From Octopus sinensis (taxonomy: Eukaryota), in assembly GCF_006345805.1 (NCBI RefSeq), contig NW_021826192.1:1-13193 (forward strand): a stretch of 13,193 bases of DNA. The letters run 5' to 3'. Each line of letters starts with the position of its first letter. Position 1 is the stretch's first letter. The notes beneath the pieces are model-generated. The model ran no database searches, had not been told where the DNA came from, and saw nothing but the letters and a program-made list of their open reading frames with translations. Shown piece after piece: positions 1-8,929 of this stretch. The translations under genes were made by a program, and so were the position numbers.

Positions 1-392
1 GCCATCCCATCTTTTATTCAGGCGTAGTGTATCTAGGACTACATGATCTAATGTATAGTATAGTAGTTAGTATTAGTGGCTATAACTGTTGTTTAGCCCC
101 AGGTCAGTCCTGATCCAGACATACCTATGATCAAAGATGTCCCAGCTGTGACCATCCCATCTTTTATTCAGGCACAGTGTATCTAGGACTACATTATCAA
201 ATGTACAGTATAGTAGTTAGTATAAGTGGCTATGGTCGATGTTGTTGTTTAGCCCCAGGTCAGTCCTGATCCAGACAGACCTATGATCAAAGATGTTCCA
301 GCTGTGACCATCCCATCTTATATTCAGGCATAGTGTATCTAGGACTACATTATCTAATGTATAGTATAGTGGTCAGTATTAGTGGCTATAGT
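1..392. repeat. Tandem repeat, ~150-157 bp unit, ~2.5 copies visible (runs off the left edge); probably amplified from the 3' tail of an interspersed repeat
   Basis: CCATCCCATCTT.TATTCAGGC units begin at about 1, 151 and 308. On the minus strand the motif ends GGGGCTAAACAAC(AAC). A related dispersed copy in opposite orientation lies at 5641-5662. Confidence 0.85.
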
Positions 393-721
393 GAAGGCGC
401 ATGGCTTAGTGGTTAGGGGCATTCGACTCATGATCGTAGGGTCATGAGTTCAATTCCAGGCGACGCGTTGTGTCCTTGAGCAAGACACTTTATTTCACGT
501 TGCTCCAGTCCACTCAGCTGGCAAAAATGAGTTGTACCTGTATTTCAAAAGAGGGCCAACCTTGTCACACTCTGTGTCATGCTGAATCTCCCCGAGAACT
601 ACATAGGGGTACACGTGTCTGTGGTGTACTCAGCCATTTGTACGTTAATTTCACGAGCAGGCTGTTCCATTGATCGGATCAGCTGGAACCCTCGTCGTCG
701 CAACCGACGGAGTGCTCCTTA
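393..721 (+). mobile_element. Full-length tRNA-derived SINE with a CORE-like central domain (octopus OR-type-like)
   Basis: A box TGGCTTAGTGG (402-412), B box GAGTTCAATTCC (446-457), CORE-like GTGTCCTTGAGCAAGACACTTTATTTCAC...CAGCTG. Perfect 15-bp TSD ATTAGTGGCTATAGT at 378-392 and 722-736. Family name is from memory. Confidence 0.9.
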
Positions 722-746
722 ATTAGTGGCTATAGTTGTGTATGTA

Positions 747-1232
747 GGAAGTGGCATCAAAAACGTTCCCGAATTAGTTCTGTAGCGCGCCAACAGATGG
801 CAGCACACGGTGACCTTCTTGAGGCGGTGTGCCGTGTGACATTGCTGCGTTTACTTCGCAAGTTTTGAAAATTCGTAATGGACAGGAAATTTTGTCAGGG
901 ACAAAGAGCCAACATGAAACTTCGTGTTAAATTTGAGAAGTCTTCCACGGAGACATTAAGCATACTTCGTCAAATTTACAGCAACGAAGCAATGGTTTTT
1001 ACGCAAGGTTTCGCACGGCATGGGCGCTTCAAAGGGCACGGCCGAACCGCAGCTCAATCAAGAGGGTACTCATTACTTTTTTTCGGACATCTGCCGGATG
1101 GTGCATCGAGAATTCGTTCCCCAGGGCCAGACCGTCAATCAAGAGTCTCACCGTAACTCTAGATTTTGAAGTGTTTGAGGGAGGACATTCGGTAAAAGCG
1201 AGCAAAGAATTAGAGTCTTCAGGGCGACAAGG
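747..1232 (+). mobile_element. Decayed, internally deleted Tc1/mariner (mariner-type) DNA transposon
   Basis: TA at 745-746 followed by a TIR-like GGAAGTGGCATCAAAAACGTTCCC, then transposase remnants. No recognisable right TIR. Confidence 0.8.
878..1232 (+). pseudogene. Mariner transposase pseudogene
   Basis: N-terminal HTH-like QRANMKLRVKFEKSSTETLSILRQIYSNEAM..GFARHGRFK joins at ~1033, in other frames, to RARPNRSSIKRVLITFF / DICRMVHREFVPQGQTVNQE / LKCLREDIR*KRAKN*SLQGDK. These match mariner motifs VH.EF.P.GQTVN and W.LHHDN, with frameshifts and stops. Confidence 0.85.
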
Positions 1233-1319
1233 AACTAAAGAAAATTACTATTTTGAAATCTCACAACGAGAGATATTCAGCAACAGTACTTTGGCAAACA
1301 CTCTGCATCCGATATATAT

Positions 1320-2431
1320 ATTTCTTTACTAATCCAGGCGCAAGGCCCGAAATTGTTTGGGAGGGGGCCAGTCGATTGGATCGACCCCAGTTCGCAACTG
1401 GTACTTAATTTATCGACCCCGAAAGGGTGAAAGGCAAAGTCCATCGCCATCTCGTCGGAATTTGAACTCAGAACGTAACGACAGATGAAATACTTATTTC
1501 TTTACTACCAAACAAGGGGCTAAACACAGAGGGGACAAACAAGGACAGATAAACGGACTAAGTCGATTATATCGACCCCAGTGCGTAACTGGTACTTAAT
1601 TTATCGACCCCGAAAGGATGAAAGGCAAAGTTCACCTCGGCGGAATTTGAACTCAGAACGTAAAGACAGACGAAATACCTATTTCTTTACTACCCTCAAG
1701 GGACTAAACACAGAGAGGACAAACAAGGACAGACAAAGGGATTAAGTCTTAATTTATCGACCCCAAAAGGATGAAAGGCAAAGTCGACCTCGGCGGAATT
1801 TGAACTCAGAACGTAGCGGCAGACGAAATACCTATTTCTTTACTACCCACAAGGGGCTAAACACAGAGAGGACACACAAGGACAGACAAACAGATTAAGT
1901 CGATTATATCGACCCCAGTACGAAACTGGTACTTAATTTATCAACCCCAAAAGGATGAAAGGCAAAGTCGACCTCGGCGGAATTTGAACTCAGAACGTAA
2001 CGACAGACGAAATGCCTATTTCTTTACTACCCACAAGGGGCTAAACACAGAGGGGACAAACAAGGACAGACAAACGGATTAAGTCGATTGTTTCGACCTC
2101 AGTGCGTAACTGGTACTTAATTTATCGAACCCCGAAAGAATGAAAGGCAAAGTCGACCTCGGTGAAATTTGAACTGAGAACCTAACGACAGACGATATAC
2201 CGATTTCTTTATTACCCACAAGGGGCTAAACACAGAGAGGACAAACAAGGACAGAAAGACGGATTAAGTCGATTATATCGAATCCAGGGTGTAACTGGTA
2301 CTTAATTTATCGACCCCGAAGGATGAAAGGTAAAGTCGACCTCGGCGGAATTTGAACTCAGAACGTAACGGCAGACGAAGTACCGCAAAGCTTTTCGCCC
2401 GGCCTGCTAACGATTCTGCCAGCTCACCGCC
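1320..2431 (-). mobile_element. Head-to-tail concatemer of six units of a second tRNA-type SINE (Meta/MESC-like central domain)
   Basis: Units start on the plus strand at ~1320, 1495, 1680, 1833, 2017 and 2202 (mostly 184-185 bp; the 1680 unit is 153 bp). Each carries a B box (GAGTTCAAATTCC-like) and GGTCGACTTTGCCTTTCATCC...GTCGATAAATTAAG on the minus strand. The head GGCGGTGAGCTGGCAGAATCGTTAGC occurs only at ~2385-2431. Domain name is from memory. Confidence 0.9.
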
Positions 2432-2705
2432 ATCATCACTACCATCACCACCACCATCATCATCGTCGTCACCATGATAATGATGATGATAATTATCATT
2501 ATCATTATCAACATCATTGTCGCTATCATCATCGTGATCATCATCATCATCACTACCACTATCCTTCTCCTCCTCCCCTTTCTTCCGCTCCTCTTCCTCC
2601 TTCTCCTTGTTCTCCTCATCGAAACTAACACCAACCCACCCACAACCCCACCAGTACCGCCACCACCACCACCCCTATCCTCTCTCTTCTCCCTCCCACC
2701 CCCAC
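2431..2705. repeat. Degenerate trinucleotide low-complexity tract (CAT/CAC/CTC/CCA)
   Basis: Visible runs of CATCAT, CTCCTC and CCACCA. Confidence 0.85.
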
Positions 2706-3087
2706 GTATCTATGACTTAATGCAACACAACTCCTACAATCAAAGCCTTTTTTCCCTCACACCGTCGTAACCATCGAACCCCACCCCCGATCGACCACAC
2801 CCTCCTCGCCCCTGTTTCCTCCCCACCACACCGAGTAAGCCATGACCACTAGACCCCCTCCCCCCATTCCGACCGCACCCCGAAACCCCCACACCCAACC
2901 ATGCCACCGCCTGGCCGACAATACCCAACCGTTAGAAAAACTACACCACTTCATCAGGCGCCAACACCACGCAGCCGCCGCCGTCACCATCGCCACCGCC
3001 GCCGCCACCACCGCCGACGCCTGCGCCGCCACAACAACAACCACACCCTACTTGAGCCAAACGTCTGCGAGTGAAGTGTCCTAAAAG

Positions 3088-3810
3088 ACACACACACACA
3101 CACACACACGCTACGTAATCACAACCTCAACACTTTCTCACACACATACGCACATACAAAAACTTGTACACACGCACACACACACACAACACACACACAC
3201 ACATCACGTATAATAACACCACCACACGGAAATATATACACATATACACACCACCGTTAATGCACACTCATATATATATATATATATATACAAACACACA
3301 ACCTTTAATGCATATATATACACACACACACACACTCATATGTATATATATATATATATGTATAAATATAAACATATATGTGTGTGTGCATGTGCGTATA
3401 TATATATATATACACACACATATACATATGTATACATGCATATATATATGTATATATACACACATACATATCTATGTATACGTATATATACACACCACCG
3501 TTTATGAATGTATATACATATTTCTGTTTTTCTGTCTGTCTGTCTCTCTCTACACACACACACGCCGTCACTATCCACAATGCTCATAGACAAACACAAA
3601 GATAATATATATACACATACACACACACACAGTCCCTCTGCACACTAACACATACATCCACAGACACTCCGACACACACACACATCCATCACCATTGTTG
3701 AAATGCATATACATGTGTGTGTATATGTATATATATGTGTGTTTGTGTATGCGATAACTATACACATTCATACACCTATTTAACCACAATCTCAACACAC
3801 ACACACTTAC
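3088..3810. repeat. Compound (CA)n/(TA)n microsatellite region
   Basis: Interspersed CA, TA and TG dinucleotide runs. Confidence 0.85.
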
Positions 3811-3816
3811 GGACTA

Positions 3817-4290
3817 ACACCACCAGCGTTCAAATTTACACACACACACACACACAAACACCCCCAGCGTCCAAATTTACGCACACACACACATACACAC
3901 ACAAACACCCCCAGCGTCCAAATTTACGCACACACACACATACACACACAAACACCCCCAGCGTCCAAATTTACGCACACACACACATACACACACAAAC
4001 ACCCCCAGCGTTCAAATTTACACACACACACACACACACCACCAGCGTTCAAATTTACACACACACACATACACAACCACCACCAGCGTCCAAATTTATA
4101 CACACACACACACACACACACAAACACCACCAGCGTCCAAATTTACACACACACACAAACACCACCAGCGTCCAAATTTATACACACACACACATACACA
4201 CACAAACACCACCAGCGTCCAAATTTATACACACACACATACACACACAAACACCACCAGCGTCCAAATTTACACACACACACACAAACA
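3817..4290. repeat. Minisatellite: 11 copies of core ACACCMCCAGCGTYCAAATTTA separated by variable (CA)n tracts
   Basis: Eleven CAGCGT(C/T)CAAATTTA cores counted, with periods of roughly 35-48 bp. Confidence 0.92.
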
Positions 4291-4699
4291 CATATATAGA
4301 CAATCACGTATATACTCGTACGCCACACGTAATCACAGTCTCACAGCACACAACCAAATACGCTGAACAGAAAGCATCCATATTCTCTCTCACACAATCA
4401 CACTAAAAGACCCCCAAAACACACACAACTACACCCAAACGCACACACACACATCCCCACACACGGATCCCTCTCCAGACGGGAAACCCAGAGTTTAAGA
4501 CTATTCCTCCGCACCATTTTTTGTCTTCACGCTTCATTACGTTCGACAATGTCATCTTTCTGATGACAATATGGCGGCCTTCGGAAATAAATGGTGCACC
4601 GGAGCTACTTCCCGTCTGCTGGTCTCGGCAGGTCTGCTCATCTGCCGACTGCTGCTGTTGTTGTTGATTTTGCTTGTCATATATATCTGTGTCTGTCTC

Positions 4700-4783
4700 T
4701 TTGACTATCTATCTATTTATCTACCTACCTACCCATCTGTCTGTCTATCTATCTATCCATATGTCTATCTATCTATCCATATG

Positions 4784-4857
<74 letters not shown>

Positions 4858-5286
4858 GATCTATCTGTCTATCTCTCTCCCTATTTATCTGTCTGTCTGT
4901 CTATCAATCTATCCATCTCCCTATCTCTCTCTCTCTCTCTTCTCTCTATCTATCTCCCTATTTATCTGTCTGTCGTCTGTCTGTCTGTCTATCAATCTAT
5001 CCATCTCCCTATATCTCTCTCTATCTCCCTATTTATCTGTCTGTCTGTCTGTCTATCAATCTATCCATCTCCCTATATCTCTCTCTCTATCTCCCTATTT
5101 ATCTGTCTGTCTATCAATCTATCCATCTCCCTATATCACTCTCTTTATCTATCTCCCTAATTATCTGTCTGTCTGTCTGTTTATCAATCTATCCATCTCC
5201 TTATCTAGCTATCTATCTATCTAGCCATCTATCTATCTATATATCTATCAATCCATCCATCCATCTATCTACGTATCTATCTAACC

Positions 5287-5345
<59 letters not shown>

Positions 5346-5373
5346 CATCCATCCATCCATCCATCCATCCATC
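4700..5373. repeat. (TATC)n/(TGTC)n/(CCAT)n microsatellite with an internal ~55-65 bp higher-order repeat
   Basis: CTCCCTATTTATCTGTCTGTC...TATCAATCTATCCATCTCC recurs about five times between ~4877 and ~5200. Confidence 0.9.
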
Positions 5374-5559
5374 CTGTCCCCCCCCCCTGCGTGTGCCTCC
5401 CCTCTTTGCCCAACCCCCAACCTCCATCAATCTCTTCCCCGATTCTTTCCAATGTTTTCCTGTCGAAATACAATATGCTGCCTTTCCAAACACTTTCCCA
5501 GTGTATCCCTGCCCACCACTACATACGCAGGCTAATAAAGAAGCCTGTATTAGGTCAAG

Positions 5560-5670
5560 CGTTCCTCTAGAAATAGCTGGTAAATCACACTCAAATTATG
5601 TTGTCTAATATGATGCAGTGTTCCATGCATACAGGAAAATAGACGGGATGGTCACAACTGGATCGACTTT
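5560..5670 (+). mobile_element. Degenerate interspersed-repeat fragment related to the 1-392 tandem unit
   Basis: AGACGGGATGGTCACAACTGGA (5641-5662) matches the reverse complement of the tandem unit (AGATGGGATGGTCACAGCTGGA) at 20/22. Boundaries are uncertain. Confidence 0.45.
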
Positions 5671-5710
5671 AATATTTGTAAACGTATTGTTTGATTCATG
5701 TATAAGCATC

Positions 5711-5750
<40 letters not shown>

Positions 5751-5874
5751 AATTGTTAACGTCATGAGAATTGATAAACTGAAATAATTATTTTTGGAAC
5801 AGTGGATCTCGAAGCAGATGAAGCTACAAAAATGCCATCTGAGTATTGGATTAAAGATCTTTTGAATACAAAAA

Positions 5875-6609
5875 GGATCTTTTCCTTTTGAACGGCACAT
5901 GTCAACACAATTTCTAGTTAACTAAACACTTTAAAACTTCGTATACTGGTAGAATGTATTAAGACAAAACATTTTTTTTCTCTTGGCTTTCTTGAGAAAA
6001 TTGTAATTTGTAAGTTTAACGTAGTTTAATTTTTCGAATTTTAACCAATCGATTGCCTCTATTTAGCTAAAATCATTGATGCGTCTAAAACTGAGACAAC
6101 ATCCTGTCACTGTTATGTTTACGCACGGAGCGTGTGTATAAAATTATAGAATTATTTTGTTTGTTAATTGTTGAAATTATTTTCCATTGCTTTCGTTTTA
6201 GCCTTCCGTTTTTTTGTTCTTAAGCAATGAAAAATAGTTTAAACAATACACGTGTATCTCAAAACAAAAACAAAACGAATAATTTTAGACACACGTGTAA
6301 CGATTAAATTAATTTAACAATTAAGAAAAAAAAAAACGAAGGCTAAAATTTAGGGTTAGGGTTAGTGTTAGGGTCAGTGACAGGATGTCTCAGTTTTAGA
6401 CGCATCAAATGATTTTAGCTAAATAGAGGCCATAGGATTGGTTAAAATTCGAAAAATTAAACTACGTTAAACTTACAAATTACAATTTTCTCAAGAAAAC
6501 CAAGAGAAAAAATGTTTTATTTTGATACATTCTACCAGTATACGAAGTTTTAAAGTGTTTAGTTAACTAGAAATTGTGTTGAAAACTGCCAGCCAAAAGG
6601 AAAAGATCC
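5875..6609. mobile_element. Non-autonomous fold-back/MITE-like DNA transposon with ~235-bp terminal inverted repeats
   Basis: Arm 5875-6112 (GGATCTTTTCCTTTTG...CCTGTCACTG) is a near-perfect reverse complement of 6375-6609 (CAGTGACAGG...CAAAAGGAAAAGATCC). No TSD seen; superfamily unassigned (MULE-like is a guess). Confidence 0.88.
6350..6373 (+). repeat. Short telomere-like TTAGGG tract inside the MITE
   Basis: TTAGGG TTAGGG TTAGTG TTAGGG. Confidence 0.8.
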
Positions 6610-6614
6610 CCCTC

Positions 6615-6783
6615 GTTTAAGAAACAGATTGGGTTTATTTACATTTGTGAAGAAAAAAAGATACCCTTCCTCCTAACCCTAAAACAGTTTGAAATGAAAT
6701 AGATCGATACTAGGGTCATAATTATGGGTGACAATTTCATATGACACGCTAGAAAAAAACTGCCGGTCAAACCGAAAAGATCC
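6615..6783. mobile_element. Right end of a second, related TIR element
   Basis: Ends AACTGCCGGTCAAACCGAAAAGATCC, similar to AACTGCCAGCCAAAAGGAAAAGATCC ending at 6609. Contains CCTAACCCTAA (6672-6682). Left boundary is uncertain. Confidence 0.6.
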
Positions 6784-6796
6784 GTTACCCTCCCAG

Positions 6797-6990
6797 GCAA
6801 TCGCCCATGCATACAACTCTTCTCTCTCCGCACCAGTGATGTCGCAACTCATTTCTACAGCTGAGTGAACTGGAGCAACGTGAAATAAAGTGTCTTGCTC
6901 AAGAACACAACACGCAGCCCGGTCCGGGAATCGAACTCACAAGCTCACGATCGTAAGCTCGACGCTCTAACCACTGAGCCATGCGCCTTC
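6797..6990 (-). mobile_element. CORE-type tRNA SINE with the same head as 393-721, a different tail and an internal deletion
   Basis: Minus strand reads GAAGGCGCATGGCTCAGTGGTTAG..., B box GAGTTCGATTCC, then TTGAGCAAGACACTTTATTTCACGTTGCTCCAG. Confidence 0.9.
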
Positions 6991-7104
6991 ACACACACAC
7001 ATATATATATATATTATTAATACTAGTAATGTTAGTGGTTATTCAAAACGTGATATACATACATACATATGTATATGTATACACACACACACACACTGTA
7101 TTAT

Positions 7105-7338
7105 AACACGATTTCATTCGGGTCAACTCGGGTCACATTTTAAAGATGAGGAATTTTGTCCTAGCGGACCCGCCTTTCAATTGAGCAAACTCAAAGTTGG
7201 CATGCAAACTACACAGCACTTTTAACGTGGGTGTGCAAATTTTCAGGTCAGTCCGACCACATTTACTAACACTTTTGCCTGCATAACAGCTTACGAGACA
7301 ACGCCCACCCTTTTCTCAAATATATAGTATATATATAT
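7105..7338 (-). mobile_element. Possible degenerate non-autonomous Helitron-like fragment
   Basis: GTGTGCAAATTTTCAGGTCAGTCCGACC and a terminal CTTTTCTCAAATATATAGTATA loosely parallel the right part of the 8007-8398 element. Termini are not resolved. Confidence 0.3.
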
Positions 7339-7505
7339 ACGACAAGAAATAATTTTTGTCTCCTTTTTATGGAAACAAAGGGTTTATAGGACTGCAAAAA
7401 AAGAAGTGCTCAAATGTAACTGAGACAGAGATAAAGAAACATTGATCATAAAATAAACATCAAATTCGAGTCAATGACTTTATATATAACACCGTATCTC
7501 CAACA

Positions 7506-8929
7506 TTTTCATCATATATAATATTACCATGGCTCTTAAACATACAGAGTAAATACATTATAAAAAAAACATATAAAGTAGACATAAAAATCAATCAAAG
7601 GTAAAAAATATATATGTGAATAAAAATGCAGGTGTATAGAACGGCCTATCAAGAAGGTATATACAATCGACTAAGAATTCTAAAGGGTGTCATGCTACTA
7701 AAAATCCAAATAAAATAAAATATCAATCGGCTAAAAAGATTTAAGATTTTTTACTTAACTTTTATAAAAGAGTACATCCAAAAAGTTCAGTTCTTAAAAC
7801 CATGGTAAGTTAGAGTCCAGGAGCAAAAAGAGTTTCATAAAATCAAGTGAAACACACCTATAGCCATTTCGGGAGTTCATTGCCGAGGTTTCGATTACGA
7901 GTTAAAGGCCATCTTGGCAATGACCCATCCCCCCCCCACATCAGGAAACACAAACAAAAAATAATTCAAAAATTCTTTTACCGTAGCATTTCTGATTTAA
8001 AGACGACTAGCAGTATCGCCCGGCGTTGCTCAGGTTTGTAAGGGAAATAACTATAAAGCATTTTTAGAGAGTTATAGCCAAAAAATAGCAAAAAAATGGA
8101 AAAAAAATGATGGTAAATTTTTTTTTTGAGAGTAATAAAAGGTTGAGTTGCGTCCCCTAGACAGTCTGTGGTTTGTTTTTTTTTATTCTCGACCCCATGT
8201 CGAATTTATCGATTTTTTTCAGAACTGGGGGAACTTTTCAAAATTTTCGCTGCGTTAGTTTTGAATTATAACATTGGGCTATGTGTTGTGTCAAGTTTCC
8301 TCAGAATTCGGTTTGAAAGCCATTGTCAGGGTGAGGGTACGAAGAAAACAGACACCAGAAACACACACAGACAAACTGCCGTTTTATATAGAGAGAGATA
8401 AGCTATCACAGGACGAGTCCAAATTTACTAACACCCCTACCAAAAAAGAAAGAACCCCCACCCCCCAAAACAACGAATTATTTCATCGCAAAACTTGCAG
8501 GTGGCTGTTAAATCCCCGTAAAGCTAAATAATATTTGCCACATTTGATTTTACTTCTGTAAACTTTCAGAAAAGCAGAAGAAAACTAAGGGTTGCAAAAA
8601 GGGGACACCTCAGTAAATTAAGTTGATTTGTGCAACCCTTTTTGCTATCATGGTTTTACGAATTGAACTTTTTGGACGTGTGAAGGGAGTAAAAAAAAAA
8701 CTTCAAAGATTTTTTTAGTCGATTGATATTTTATTTTAGTTTATTTGGATTTTTAGCAGCAAGACACGCTTTAGAATTTTTAGCCAATTGTATATACCTT
8801 CTTGATAGGCTGTTCTATATATCTGTGTTTTTATTCGCGTATATATTTTTTACCTTCTGTGTATTTTTTTGTTGTATATTTATACTCTATATGTTAAAGA
8901 GCCGTGGTAATATTTATATACGATCAAAA
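7506..8929. repeat. Large imperfect inverted repeat (arms ~7506-7846 and ~8623-8929); old fold-back element or two opposed copies of one repeat
   Basis: For example GCCTATCAAGAAGGTATATACAAT versus ATTGTATATACCTTCTTGATAGGC, and TCCAAAAAGTTCA versus TGAACTTTTTGGA. The arms are colinear with several indels. Confidence 0.8.
8007..8398 (-). mobile_element. Non-autonomous Helitron (Lep1-like architecture)
   Basis: Minus strand reads A|TC (8399|8398-8397) ... CTAG|T (8010-8007|8006), with an imperfect GC-rich hairpin at 8018-8035 just inside the 3' end, no TSD, and an ACAG/CA tract near the 5' end. Confidence 0.78.

Noticed and set aside
393-470. tRNA gene
   Set aside because: The A/B boxes run into a SINE core and tail bounded by a TSD, and there are further diverged copies in the window.
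470-673. 67-aa ORF (likewise 11298-11856 and 8168-8531)
   Set aside because: They lie within or across SINE or Helitron sequence and show no protein features.
1495-2201. Hammerhead ribozyme in the tandem units (also checked in 1-392)
   Set aside because: I found no CTGANGA...GAAA core on either strand by eye. Other ribozyme classes are not excluded without an Infernal search.
2407-2770. Hydrophobic poly-Ile/Met/Val ORFs resembling membrane proteins
   Set aside because: They derive from a degenerate trinucleotide tract.
3817-4290. CRISPR-like repeat-spacer array
   Set aside because: Spacers are only (CA)n, the context is eukaryotic, and there are no cas genes or leader.
3164-5570. Long ORFs (141-298 aa) rich in THTH, YIYI or LSIY
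   Set aside because: They are stop-free translations of microsatellites and the minisatellite.
6350-6373. Chromosome-fusion or true telomere relic
   Set aside because: Only four units, one imperfect, and internal to a TIR element.
8587-8640. Mini-MITE from the 10-bp inverted repeat AAGGGTTGCA/TGCAACCCTT
   Set aside because: Too short, no TSD, and the right half lies within the larger inverted-repeat arm.
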